A stretch of DNA of 63,721 bases, the filler included. It is 13 parts of 13 records of this genome, joined end to end, with 100 filler letters (N's around TTAATTAATTAA, not from the genome) between each part and the next. Parts side by side here need not be neighbours in the genome. Positions count along the whole stretch, not along the records: positions 33,830 to 37,285 come from SRR15195285_6579; positions 37,386 to 44,638 come from SRR15195285_6587; positions 44,739 to 49,808 come from SRR15195285_6595; 10 more parts are not named here. One strand, written 5' to 3'. Positions 36,812 to 49,453 of this stretch are shown one piece after another. The notes beneath the pieces were generated by a model. It made no database searches and was not told where the DNA came from. It was given only the letters and a program-made list of their open reading frames with translations. A program made the position numbers and the translations under genes. The first letter of the stretch is position 1; each line of letters begins with the position of its first letter.

Positions 36812-37285
36812 CAGGCAGCAGCACCGCGTGCACCCACGCCGCTGGCAGCGGACCACGCACCCGTGCATGCGCGCGCGCGCGCGCGCCGGTAGTCTGAACC
36901 GTCGTGCCGCCTATACGCTATGATGTAAGAAAAGTGTATTGGAGTCGGATACCATACGCTATACGGCGTAGCCTGCAAACTCAGATTTCCTGGAAGTCCT
37001 CTGGTTGAGTTTGCACGTAGACTCACGCTTTGCAAACTCAAACTATTGAGCTTACTATACAATTCGCAGAAGTGCACGAAATTGCAGGTTCGCACAGGGA
37101 CAATGAGTCGTATTCATCTGTTACATAAGTCTGTAAATCAGCATGCAGTATTGGAATCCCCTATGGTTTGCATGATCAGAATCCACGATTCATAAACTCT
37201 CAGAATCATGACACTTTTCACTCAACCCTCAGCCAGCAGGTATCCCCCCATCCGGTTCTCGGTCGTCAGAAGCAAACATGGGAAA

Positions 37286-37385
37286 NNNNNNNNNNNNNNN
37301 NNNNNNNNNNNNNNNNNNNNNNNNNNNNNTTAATTAATTAANNNNNNNNNNNNNNNNNNNNNNNNNNNNNNNNNNNNNNNNNNNN
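37286..37385. other. Artificial contig spacer
   Basis: N44-TTAATTAATTAA-N44. Confidence 0.98.
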
Positions 37386-40300
37386 TGTCTCAGACGTGTG
37401 GTGCTGGCGGCGACGCTAGCGGCAGATGGGATTATCGGAACCTCGAGGGCTACGGCTGGACCACGCTTCTGAAGTCTGAATCAACTGCAAATGTGCATTT
37501 TGCGCCATGGGAAGATGTGGTGGACGAGAGCTACCGTGGTTGTTTTGTGTCGAGTCAGACCGATGCTGAGAGAGATGTGCAGCATGATATGACCGAAATC
37601 CGCCATACTTGCAAGAACCTCCAAACTGAAGATTATCAAGTAGTCGGCCACAGCGACGAGGAGTACAACGGAGTGTATTTCGCGTTTGCTATTGTGAATG
37701 ATCGCCCAGCATTCCGAAACGCTGACAAAAACAAATTTCTGTACTTTTTTGACCCTACACAGTCCCTTGGGGAGGCTCACGATCACGGAATTGCCTCCTG
37801 GTCCTTGGATGATCGTGATCCAACCGGCGATCTTGAACCGACCTGGCTAGTACGCGACTGGCACCGAGGAGGGTGTTCTGTTGACGCAGAACCGAACATA
37901 CGCACGGGTATCGTGAGCTGGCAGCAGGATAAGGGCGCTGTGATGAACGTAGACGGGACTCAAACTCGCGCCGAGGAAGTAACCTATCGAGCAGAAGAAG
38001 CTCACGATCGATTGGGGATCGTACCTGTTCCACGACCCGAAGAGGGGTTCGGATGCGAGTGGGAGCATTCTGCAGAGATGCCGTCGCCCTCATACGGAGA
38101 ATGCGCTGAAGTATGCTCTGACTTTGCGTTCATGGCGTTGCGAGGCGCGAATATCTGCCTGTGTGGAAACACGTACAACCACTTTGGTCATGCCGCCGCA
38201 GCAGAGTGCGGAGCCCGTGGGATGAACTGCGGCAACGGCGTTGCGACAAACGAATCTATCGCAGCAGCAGCGGTGTACAAAGTGCCGCGTCCCTCCGCTG
38301 GTTTTGCCACAGCTGGTGGTCGACTCGAAGTAAGATTGGGTGGCGTGGGCGTTGTGCGTTACGTCAGATTTGCAGGCAACTCTGCCACAGACGGTGGGGC
38401 TGTGTATGTGCGCGATGGATCGCTTACGATGATGTCGGTCGAGGTCAAAGACAACAGTGCGATCCGCGGCGGTGGTCTATTTATAGCGGGCGACGATTAT
38501 TATGGATACATAGTGATGAAGCTACGGATATCGCTTTCTCATGTTGCCTTTCGCAACAACGTCGCAAACCAGGGTGGTGCAATATTTTTGCAGGGGCCGC
38601 CTTTGGATGCTGAGCATCTGCTCTTTACTGGCAATCGCGGGATCGAGGCAGGGGCAGCAATCTACGTGGCACAGACGCCTAACAGGGCTGATACGCTCGT
38701 GGCATTTCGCTCCACACGCTTCAGCGCGAACGAGTCTCCTGCAGGTACTGTGACTATCGAGGCGGGTGTGTCTCTGGCGTTGACTGACACAACATTTGAC
38801 TCCAGCCAGAGTATCACCTGCGACGGCAGCGTCTGCAGTGCTGTCTCAGACCAGGAGTCACAGACAGGCCGGGATATCATGGCAATAGGCGCCAGGGAGC
38901 ACCTGAGGCTGCAGGATGTCACCTACAGCCCTAGGTCACCTTCGGTGAGGATTGAGCCGGACATCTCCGTTGTCAATTGCCACGCAAACCCCTGCCCCGC
39001 GGGATTTTTCTGCACATACGATCCATCTCTATTCTCCATGGCGTGCACACAGTGTCCTGCGGGCTTGTTTAGCAGCGATGGGGAGTCATGTGTGGTGTGC
39101 GACTCCGGCACACGGCCGAACGAGAATCGAACGGGGTGCGAAATATGCCCCCTTGGTTACTATTCGGATAGTGGCAGCGTCTGTCAGATTTGTCCATTCC
39201 CTCTCGTGACCAACTACAACCGCACGACATGTACGCGATGCAATCCTGGCACTGGACCAAACACTGAGAGGACTGACTGCCAGCGTTGCACCGATCGCGA
39301 TGCGTCAGTGAACGGCGAGCCATGTGAACAGTGTCCAGACGACAGGATTGCATCGCCAAAGAACGATGCCTGCAAAACGTGTGGCAATCGCGAGGTGGCC
39401 GTCGACGGTGTGTGCAAATGTGCACCTGGTAGCTACAACAGCACAGATGGAGTGATCTCCTGCTCAGTTGGGCTAGATTGCTTTCTAGAGCAGACGCGGA
39501 TTACTGGGTGCGAGCCTTGCCCAACTGAGTGTAGCAGGTGTCCTGTTGGCCCGGATGGACGCTCATCGATGACGTTGATTCAGCCAGGCTACGGTCTGCC
39601 GCAGCGCCTTGCCAAGAGAGGCCAGAGCCTCTCGCAGATCCGTGCGAGTGAGACAATGCATGTCGACCTGTATCCGTGTGTTGCTTCAATGTGCCCAGGA
39701 GAGCACTTTTTGGTTCCGGCGTCGTTGGTGAATGCGAGCAACGTCGATGACGTCTTTCTGACTTCGACAGAGCAGCTGCGGGATGGCTCCACAGAGGAAG
39801 CCGTACGCGTGGCGACAGCCCTGGTCGAGGCAGCTGGGAAACACGGCTGGACGCCACCAACGTCGCTGCACTCCAGTGGTCCTCTCGCGGACGTCCAGCG
39901 CGACTTCCAGAGCGACAGAACCACTCTGCTGGCGCTTCAAGCTGCTCTGCGCGATTACTATGTGAGCTCGCCCGATTCACACGTTGTCATTTATGATTCA
40001 GCCATGGAAGCACTCACACAGAGCCACCCGATTATTTCAACGCGCATTCCAGAGCGTGACATTGAGAGCGCGAAATACACAGTATACAGCTGCAGGATTG
40101 GCCACAACGAGGAATCTCCAGTGTGCGCTCTGTGTGATGACGAGTACGCTGGCGGCTCGACAAACTTGTGCGCTAGCTGTGACGCTACTGAGAATGGCAC
40201 CAAGGTTGTGCTTTTCGTCATAATGCTTGCATTCGCTTATCTTCTCTTGATTCACATCCCGGTGAAGATCATGGAAAAGCGTGAACTACTGCGGCAGCAG

Positions 40301-43255
40301 AACGAAGCTGAGCTCAGCACGGATGGATCAGTCCATGTTGCGCAAGCGCGAGATGAGAAGGCCTCCATCATCGTATATGGGAAGATCCTCATCAGCCATT
40401 TTCAAATCTTAATGCAGTTCAAAATCGTTATGGATGTCGATTTCCCAGTACAGTTTGAACAGATACTCAACAGCATGCGATGGCTAAAGGGTGACATCGT
40501 TGCGTATTTCAACATCAAGTGCGCGGTGCCCATGAATCTTTACTCAGAATTTTTCTTAGTGATTGCGATCATTCCACTATTTTTGGCAATGTTGCTTTCA
40601 ACGTCGTGCATTGGCATCTGGTTGGAGACACGGCAGGCAGCTTCTGAAGCTCAGAAGCCACCATCCTCAGAAGTCGAGGCACCTGTTGCCGCTCTGTCTG
40701 AGCGGCTGGCAGGTTTGTCTGGCAGCACAATGTCGCAGCTTGAACTTGATAACCGGCGCACGAAGACACAGCGAACGCAGAGCATTCTCGGCCGCATGTT
40801 CATTCTGGTCTTCCTAATTTGTGCGTACGCAAATCACCTCTCAGCTGTCCCATTCACAATAGGACTAAATATTAAGTGCTAACACTGTTGCATCGTGTGT
40901 GCAGATCCGCTCGTCACGCTGCGCATCTTTCACATGTTTGGCTGTCGAGAGCTGAAGCAGAGTGCTGGTGAGCACACCGACGCTGAGAGCTGGCATCGCT
41001 ACGACTATTCCATAAACTGCAACAGCGACGAGTATCTCAACTTCCGGACCCTCGCACAACTTATGGTTCTACTGTATCCACTCGGGATCCCAGCAGCTGT
41101 GCTATGGATCTTCCATCGTAACTCTGAAAGGCTGACTGACGAGTCGTTGCTTGGCAACACTACGCCCGTCTCCGATGGTACCGATGAGCCCGGATCGAAT
41201 GCGATCGATTCAGCAGCCGCGTGGGCAACAGCACAAGAGGCTGCAGTCGTACCGTGGTGGTACGGCGATCGAAGCACTTTCAACTTTATGGTTCGCGACT
41301 TCCAGCCTCGCTATTACTTCTTCGAGATCGTCGAATTTATGCGTAAGCTGGGTCTTACTGGGCTGGTGATGATCATTGAGCCAGGAAGTGTCATGCAGAT
41401 CTGCGTTGCTATCACGATTGCTTTTGCTTTTGCGGCTGTCAATGCTGTGGTCCGTCCTTACGCCGACCCGCGTGCCAACTACATGCGACTGCTGGCTGAT
41501 ACCTCGCTTTTCTTTACGCTCCTGTGCATTCTGGTTTTGCACTTTGTCGACCATTTGGATCCATGTGAACCACTGCAAAACAGCTTTATCGGCTGGTTCC
41601 TGATCATCATGAACTTCGTGCTGCTACTGCTGTTCGTCTGCGCTGAGATGGTGTCGCGAGCGGTACGCATGTACAGTGATAGTCTATTCGTCGGGATCTC
41701 GTACAGGCCTGATGCTCCACTAAACATGCGCATAGATGATCAGTTCAGCACTGGACTTGTCCAAGCCACAAACGTGGCTGCTAATGTCTACCGTGGCGAA
41801 TACAAGGCTGCCGCCAGTGCCCAATCTGTGCCGTGTGCCGTCAAGATACGCCCCAAGAACCAGGACAGCAGGGTCGTTGATATCGAGGCAGCCATCATGC
41901 TCAGTTGCAACCACTCGAACGTTGTGCGGATCTATCACCTGGAGGAGGACGCAGGGATGTATTATTTATGCACCGAGCTGTGCAGCGAGCTATCGGTTGA
42001 GATTGCTGTACTACGAGGAAAAGTGGAGTCGGCGGACGCACGCATCAATCTCTGTCGTTCGATGCTAGAAGGTCTGCAAGCGTTTCACACTGCTGGCTTC
42101 GTGCACGGCAACTGTACACCATCAAACTTTGTCTTGGGCGATGATGGTGTGCCTCGTCTATGTGGCTTTTCTTCCTCGAACGTGTCAAATCATGCCGCTG
42201 CAGCAACAAAGCTTAATACGATGGGCGGAACCGTCGGCTACATGCCGAGCGAAATCATTAACGGGCGGCGGATATCTATGAAAGTGGAGGTTGCGAACCC
42301 AGTAGCCGTGGATACATTTTCCCTGGGGTGCACACTTTGCTTCGTCCTCTCCGACTCGCAGCGGCCATTCCACGGCAATCTGATGACAAGCACAGTTGAG
42401 CGCAACATCCAGACGGGTGTCCATGGCGTTGAGCATATCGGCAGCCTGTCCACTGAGGCAAAGCATCTGATAGCAATGATGGTGAGCCACACACCTGGTG
42501 CACGGCCACCGTTGAACTACATCCTCAAGCATCCGCTCTTTTGGGACATGACAGAAACAGTGAAGTATCTTGCAACAATAGGCGGCGCTCTCGGGACACG
42601 ATTCGCCCGTAAGTCAAATCCGTTTGTCAACGACATCGAACAGGCGGTTGACGCTGCCCTTGGATCGTACAACGAGGCAGATCCTGCTGCAGGAGGGAGC
42701 TGGTCTAGACAGCTGTGTGACAAGTACCCACTTGGAGGGGACTGGGGCAAGCAGCAGCGCCCGCCTGCGGACGAGGAGCATGCCTACCACATCTACGGCG
42801 CGCCTCCTTCAAAGAAACAAGCAGCGCAGAGAGAGGCGCAGTTGGCGGCTGGCAAGTTATCAGGAACACACCAAGCCAAGGAGATCCGCTCTGTTGGCCT
42901 TCTCAAGTTCATTCGGAACGTCAGCGTACACGGCGAGCAGATGCTCCAAATGAATCGCTTCGAGTCGAAGGACGCACTACAGCACTACCTGATCGATCCA
43001 TTCCCATGGTTGCTGATCGCTGTCTTCGAAGCCGACGAGAAGCACAGATTTTCTGACAAGTGGAACGACAGCAGTGGTAGCGGCGCCAACACTGACGGCG
43101 AGGGCATAGATCGTGGCGGAGACTTGACCTCGATGACTGCGAACCCTCTCTCGGGTACCACATCGTCGCCGGCAATCTTGGGCCAGCAAGATAATGGAGG
43201 AGCCGAGCCAGCAGGGCCACCACCGGCCCAAGTTGGCGAGGTGACAGCGCTATGA
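37386..43255 (+). CDS. Multipass membrane receptor: split WSC + GGA/FxxN beta-helix + Cys-rich repeats + 7TM-like region + IRE1-type pseudokinase + KEN ribonuclease; 5' partial, one intron 40821-40904
   Basis: Intron gtgcgt...gctaac...gcag joins the two long ORFs in frame (FLI-Y-PLVT); kinase AVK, HSNVVRIY, TELC, GTVGYMPSE, VDTFSLGC, HPLFW; KEN LLKFIRNVSVH and FPWLL. Confidence 0.85.
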
Positions 43256-43602
43256 GAAAACAGCGTGGCTACTGCACGCACGAGCTCGGTCGGGCATTCG
43301 TATAGGTTTTTAAATGGACGTAGTTTATGTGTGCCGTTTTTTTGGGTCAGCGACCGCAAAATCGCAATACATGCAGTCATATAGCTTGGAGGCGAGCCGC
43401 GACATCGTTGTTCATGTAGATTACAATCATGAACACAGCTAATAGTCAGCGAAAACCCCTAGCGAGGAGCAGAGTTCGTTGTCTAGTAACCTGTTAGAGT
43501 AGTTTATCTATAGATGTCTAGCAGCTAACTTTTTCGTAGATGCACGCGATCATTAGCTGTTGCAGCGAGCCACATTGTACATTCTCGCGCACTTCCACGC
43601 AG

Positions 43603-44260
43603 CTAACAGCTCCCAAAACAGCACGGGTCCTTACCTATGGCGAGCGCGATATCGTCTAGGCCACGCCGAAGATGCGAGACTGCCATCGGACCATTGTTGA
43701 CCAGCATAGAGAATGTACAACCGTGCACGTAGCCTGAGAGGGCTGACGGGGGCGCGGAGCGCCCGCGCATGGCGCAGATCGGGGCGGAAATCCGTGGGAG
43801 TGGGCAGCCCGCCAAGCACCCCTTCCGCTGCCAGAGTGGCTGCCTCGAGGCGGCGCCAAATGGCGTCCGCTGCCAGCTCGCGGGCGTCGCGCGGTACGTC
43901 GTGAAGATGCCGCCTGCATGGAAGGGCTTGGGCGGCTAGGCAACTTGGTCCCAGTACAATCATCATTGGTGACTACAGCGCCTGCAATATCAACTCAAGT
44001 CTCAGCTTCGTTAGCACCAGCTCCAGCGAGCCGTCCGGTGCCACTTCGATGTAGTTGGGCGAGTTGGTCGCGCGCAGCTCGTCTTCGCTGGGTGTGCCCT
44101 CGACGAAGCGCGCACCACCGAAATGGTTGCGCACCGGCGGCAGCACGGTGTGCATGGCCAGCAGTACATTCGACTGCAGCGTCTGGAAGCGGCCCGGCTC
44201 GTTGCGCAGGGTGGCGACGTCCGTCCGCCGCGCCGAAGGCCGCGATCGCCTCCTGCACGA
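43603..44260 (-). pseudogene. Possible degenerate fragment resembling a peptidase S13 (DacB/PBP4) C-terminus
   Basis: SALSGYV...FSMLVNN...RRGLDDIALAI; upstream frames are broken and no KTG motif is seen. Confidence 0.25.
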
Positions 44261-44638
44261 GCGGCGCAATATGATTTTGGAGGTCCGGCCATTGAATCCA
44301 ATTCTCTCAGAACGAATACAGGTTTATTCATTCCTTTTTTGGGTTGCCCGAGTTTTGTCCGTAAGAACGGTTGGCAGAACATTCGTGGAACTTTGTGAGT
44401 GCGTTCGAGGAACGAGCAATTCCTTCTTTTTTTCTAACCGCCGCGGCCGAGGGCATTGAGGGCCTGTCAGCTGCCACCGATGTGGCCGGTGATGCAGGTG
44501 ACATCGGGTGCTGCGCCAGGGGAGGTAGATTGCGGTGGGAAGCGGGTGCTTCCCCGAGAGTGACGGGTTCACTTTCAGCGATCTGGCCTGCTGGTGGCTT
44601 GGCGGGTTGGTGGAGGGAGAGGAGTAGAGCTGATATTT

Positions 44639-44738
44639 NNNNNNNNNNNNNNNNNNNNNNNNNNNNNNNNNNNNNNNNNNNNTTAATTAATTAANNNNNN
44701 NNNNNNNNNNNNNNNNNNNNNNNNNNNNNNNNNNNNNN
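44639..44738. other. Artificial contig spacer
   Basis: N44-TTAATTAATTAA-N44. Confidence 0.98.
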
Positions 44739-45024
44739 CTGCATGCCCGGTCGGGACAGGCACATCGCGGGTCCTGCATGACTGCCTGGCGCGGGTCTGT
44801 ATGTGCGCACGCATGCATCGCACGCGCGCGCGCGTATCCGTCCGTCGCGCGTGGCGAACACCGACTCGCAGCGTTGACGTGGCCGAGCGAACGTTCATTT
44901 GTTCCTCTAGGAGGATCACGCATTTCCTTGCGTGTAGGCTGGGAGTCGACTGATGCTATACTACAGCTGTAGTATATGAGTCTCTCAGGCTAGGCCGTCC
45001 TCCTCGCGCTCGCGGGTTTAGAGA

Positions 45025-46714
45025 ATGCCAGCGGTGCTGCTGTTCCTGTTGTGGCAACTACGATCTGCTGTCGCTGCGCCACAACGCTCCAATCCGTTTG
45101 GTATAGGGGCATACTACCCTCCCGGAGCTGGGCAGATCGCGACTGCAGCTGAGCTGGTTGGCAAAGGTGGCTGGGTGCTGATTCTGGTCCCGTGTGGTAA
45201 CGTCACGTCCGAAACAAAGCTCCCACCAACTTGTCCTGGTTTTGACCCTGCGGCAGAGATGCTGCAAGCATGGAAGCTTGGACTGAATGTGGTGGTGCGA
45301 CTGGAGCCGCAATACTCTGCGTGGGGTTGCTCGGATGGATCATGCAACGCACCTGGTCGGGGAGTGTGTTTTGGAGCTCAGCCTGGCCAGGCTAATTGGG
45401 TTCTGCCGGACTCGACGCAATCTTGGACAGGTCACCTGCGTGCCACGCATGATCCAGGCAGCAACCACACATCATACAGAGAGGTGGCGAAGTCATATGC
45501 CAAGGTCGCGGCAAGTCTTCCAAAACCTTCGGATGGCAGCCGGCTGTTCGTACAGATTGGAAACGGTACCGCCCTGCGCGATTCCCACCTAGCACATTCA
45601 GTGGGGCAGTCAGCATTGATCGGAACGCTCGCTAATATAACACAGATTGTTTTGGGTGTTTGTAGAGCTGAATCTCGCGTGGGGTTGTGATTGTGAAAGC
45701 GACAACGTCTGCATGTCGATGGAGGCTGTCGCTGCCGAGAACGCCTACTTCGCACGAGACGCAGCCGTAGCGCTGAAACAAGAACCAGGGCTTGCAGTTG
45801 CAATTAATCCAGTGGCTCCTATTGGGCTCGCGGCGCGTCCATGTTGTGCGAATGAGTCGCAGTGCAACTCTATCGCACGCGATCCTGCCGATTGTGCATG
45901 TCATGGGGGAAGTAACATTACTCTAACTTCATTGTCCTACGAGAAGCTTCTCGTCAAAGCGGTCCCAGATCTGTACAAGGATGTAGACTGGTTTTCGTCT
46001 CACGCGTATCCTTGCGCGGGGGATGGCTCTGGCGGGCCACACGACGGGTGTGGTCTGCACGGCGATCCACGACCGTGTGTCTCCCTGTTCTACAATTCTG
46101 CTTTTGTTGTGTCACAATTGCTAATCCTTTAAGCGCCGTCACTTGACCTTCTTGAAACACACTACTGCCATAGGAACACAAACGGATGGAATGCACCATG
46201 GGATGTTGCGAAAAAGTGGATGCTGGTGTACCAGAACGAGACGCGGCTAGTTGGTAGACCAGATTTGCCAGTCATAATCACCGAGACTGGGTGGTGCGCC
46301 CACGATGATTTGCACGTTTCAGGAACAGACCAATCCGACGGCTTACTTGTGCCCGGTTGGACAGGTGTGCCGACTTTTGCACAGAGGAACAGCGTGCTGA
46401 ATGGACTATCTCTGCCTGGCAGGCGTGGTACAGCGACACGCAGCTACTGGCGTCTTGCCCGTTCTTGCTGCAGGTGAGTCTAGTCAGCTCAGTGCCCACC
46501 AGTCGCTGTTCTTGACCACAGTTATGATCTGTCAAGCGATTGTCAAACGTCGATTGCATGCATGTTCATGAAGGTTATTTCATGTTCTGTATGGTAGGGA
46601 GGACAATGGTGGCCAAAAGGATTTCCATGGATCGCAAAGGACGGCGTTACCAGATTGCCAGTCTTTAACGCCACAGTTGCACTACGGTGTCGTTTGCTCC
46701 CGGCGACGTGCTAG
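45025..46714 (+). CDS. Secreted clan GH-A-like glycoside hydrolase (family unassigned), multi-exon
   Basis: Signal peptide; QIGN/ELN acid-base motif across an intron; WFSSHAYP; PVIITETGW nucleophile motif; CPFLL. Confidence 0.75.
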
Positions 46715-47160
46715 TCATGCATAACTTTGTGTGAGTTCAATGTGGAATGCAGTGCTGGGACTTCTGTACCTTCACTTTTATCCACAGATGCAGCAACAAC
46801 GCTTGGATGCCTCGGACTACTTGGGCATGAAGCCTGCTAAAGCTACCTCAAGTGCAACCGTGACTGCTCGGCCAACCTCTCGCCCATTTCAGCACGAAAC
46901 ATCGGTGAATACATCACCGTTGAACATGAAAATTCCAGTTTAGAACAGAACAAACGGAGCTCTGGTTCCTGAGATGGGTTCTGTACCTCCCACACATAGT
47001 ATTTTACATAGTATCTGAGTACCATAGCCGCCCGCGCGGGTACTAGCGTATCCCGCCGCGGAATGCACACGCCACGGAATGCATGAAACGCTAATTTGCG
47101 CCGCGCGGGCGCGCGGGTCGCCGGTACACTACGCAAAGCGCGTCGGTCCGTCGTCGCCAC

Positions 47161-47745
47161 ATGTCCTCACGGATGTTGGACAGCATCGGCCCGATGGCGC
47201 AGTCCCTGTCGCTGTATCAGCTGACGGCCGCCGAGCTGGGGCGCAGCGACGTCCCGCTGCTTTCGACGTCTGGGCTTAGCGCCATCAACGAGGTGACCCT
47301 CAAGGAGGCCATCGTCGACAACGGGGCATCCGTGGGCCTGCGGCGTTCCATGACTGCCACCGCCAGGATGAGTCCTTCGCTGAGCGCGCCGTGTCCGCCG
47401 CTGTTCATCCCAGATGCGCACACCAGCCGCGGTGGCGGCGAGCTGCGGCCTTACCGAAGCCGCGGTCTGGCGTACGAAGCACCATTGGAAGGCTACCAAA
47501 GATCGACGGGCCCGGCCGAGTTTGGTGAGCCGGCGATCGACGCCGGGCTGAAGTACGAGTTCCAGTCGGAAGAATTCCGGCAAGTGCGCGAGCAAATGCT
47601 GCTCGACGCGGGATATGCCGAGGAGGACGCGAAGGGCGCGCTGACGAGCATTCGGCTATCATGCAGCGCAGCGGATGACGTGCGATTGGCAACGACTTGG
47701 CTCAACACCAAAGGTGCGCGCCAGGAGCGGTTGACACGATTCTGA
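47161..47745 (+). CDS. Hypothetical protein with possible C-terminal UBA-like domain
   Basis: ATG ORF of 194 aa; LLDAGY-x5-GAL...ATTWL resembles the UBA pattern. Confidence 0.5.
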   Translation: MSSRMLDSIGPMAQSLSLYQLTAAELGRSDVPLLSTSGLSAINEVTLKEAIVDNGASVGLRRSMTATARMSPSLSAPCPPLFIPDAHTSRGGGELRPYRSRGLAYEAPLEGYQRSTGPAEFGEPAIDAGLKYEFQSEEFRQVREQMLLDAGYAEEDAKGALTSIRLSCSAADDVRLATTWLNTKGARQERLTRF

Positions 47746-48341
47746 ACTCGGCGAGTACGCACAGGAGCATGGCATGACCGACGGCCTCGCGGATGTCAAA
47801 TCAGAGAATAAAAAATAACCCGGTCCAATAACGAACACTTGGATTGCGCCGACAGGCCGCGAGAGCGCGACATACCGCCTCAGAGTTTTGCCGCGTCCAT
47901 GCGCCCAAGGTCCATTGGCTGGCGCTCGGGTCGGGACCCAGTGCGCAACAACCTGGCACTACCAGGTTCAGGACGTGAATGACCGTTTTTGTAGTGCTTT
48001 TGGGTCACCCTGTCACTCCTAGGCGACCTGGCGTTGAGCTACTAGCTTACTAGTAGCGTGAGGCCGCCAACGCCTTGTGCTCGGTGTCAAATAGGCTTTT
48101 GAAAGCATGACTGTGTCCGGCGTCACGCTATAGTCATTCCCACCAAGCCGACTCCTCTTCCTCACCGTGATCCTGTGTGCGAGGTCTCCTGGCCTCCCAG
48201 GCGCCCGCTCGACTGCCCTTGCTTTTGTTCCCGCCTTCTCTCGGCGCCGTGCTGCTGCACCGTATCAGTAAAACGAACAACAAGCGCTGGAGTTAGGCTG
48301 TGTCGTCGCTGTGGCGACCTATCACGCTCGAAAAGACACAA

Positions 48342-49453
48342 TCATGCAAACACTATCGATAACACGACGCGTGGGTACACTGCATACCCGTTGCGGTGCT
48401 CGCTAAGGTCATCGTCTTCGCTGCCGTCGAGCAGACCTTGCGCCTCCCCGTCCCCATGCTGTGTGTCTGCCCCGACCCAATTCGCACGTCGGGCCAGCGC
48501 GTGTCGGTGGCTCAACAAAATCAGCAATCCGAACAGGGCCAGCTGCTCCAGCCCCGAGACCAGAGGTGCCACCCATGCGGAGCCGGCCACGGCGCAGTCT
48601 GACAAGGTAGCTGCGGCTCCACATTGACCGAGGCCACCGATCAGCGCACCTGGTATGGTCACGGCCCCGACGCTGCCACTCGTAGCCGAGAGGTGAATCT
48701 GCGGAAGCCAGGCTAGGAGAATCATCGCATCAGCACACGCGGCGAGGAGACACCCAAGATCGACGGCGATCCCACACGCACCCCCCTGCAGGCCAAGTAG
48801 AGCTAGCACCAGGACCAGTAGAGAGCCTAATGCCACGCAAAAGCGCTGGAACAACAGAATGCCCGCCTCCCGTGCCACCGAGTCGGCGCGAGAGCGACTC
48901 GGCGTCCAGTGAACTGCGTGGATGTAGACCGACAGCCACAGCACGGCCAGGATGACCTGCACTATCAGCGGCGTCAGCTCCGGGCTCGACCATTGCCAGC
49001 TGTGCCAACGTGGTCGTACACGCAGGCGTGCGATGAGCTGACCAAGGGCTTCGCAGACCATCGAGCCACAGCCCAGGCAGAGCATCGGCAGCGACACGCC
49101 CTTGCTTGAACGCCGCCGCCAGAGCTTCCGGTGCTGCGTCACGAGCGCCGCCATGCTCGCCATTGCGAAGCTCCATCGCCACGTCACTGCCCCTCCCTGC
49201 CAGCGCGCACGGCTGTCAACGCCCAATTCGCGATGACTAAAGTGCTAAATGGAGGTTTTGTAGCTATGCAAGACGGCAAGGGTTTGTACGGTCGGACCTG
49301 CCAGCACGCACGCGGCCACTCGTCGCCACAGCCGCCGAACGCTGGCATGCTGCACACCAGCCCAGGCTGAGCCACGGCAACCGGCAGCAGCTGCGCCTGC
49401 ACTGCCACACATGCACAAACCGCTGCTAGTTTCGCCGGCTGGACGAGCGACAT
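48342..49453 (-). CDS. PQ-loop-repeat membrane protein (exon boundaries approximate)
   Basis: LVTQHRKLWRRRSSKGVS and WLPQIHLSATSGSVGAVTIP, several hydrophobic helices. Confidence 0.7.

Noticed and set aside
40895-43255. Calling this ORF the canonical IRE1 orthologue
   Set aside because: Multipass TM region, no IRE1 luminal domain, dead kinase motifs, and it is exon 2 of a larger gene
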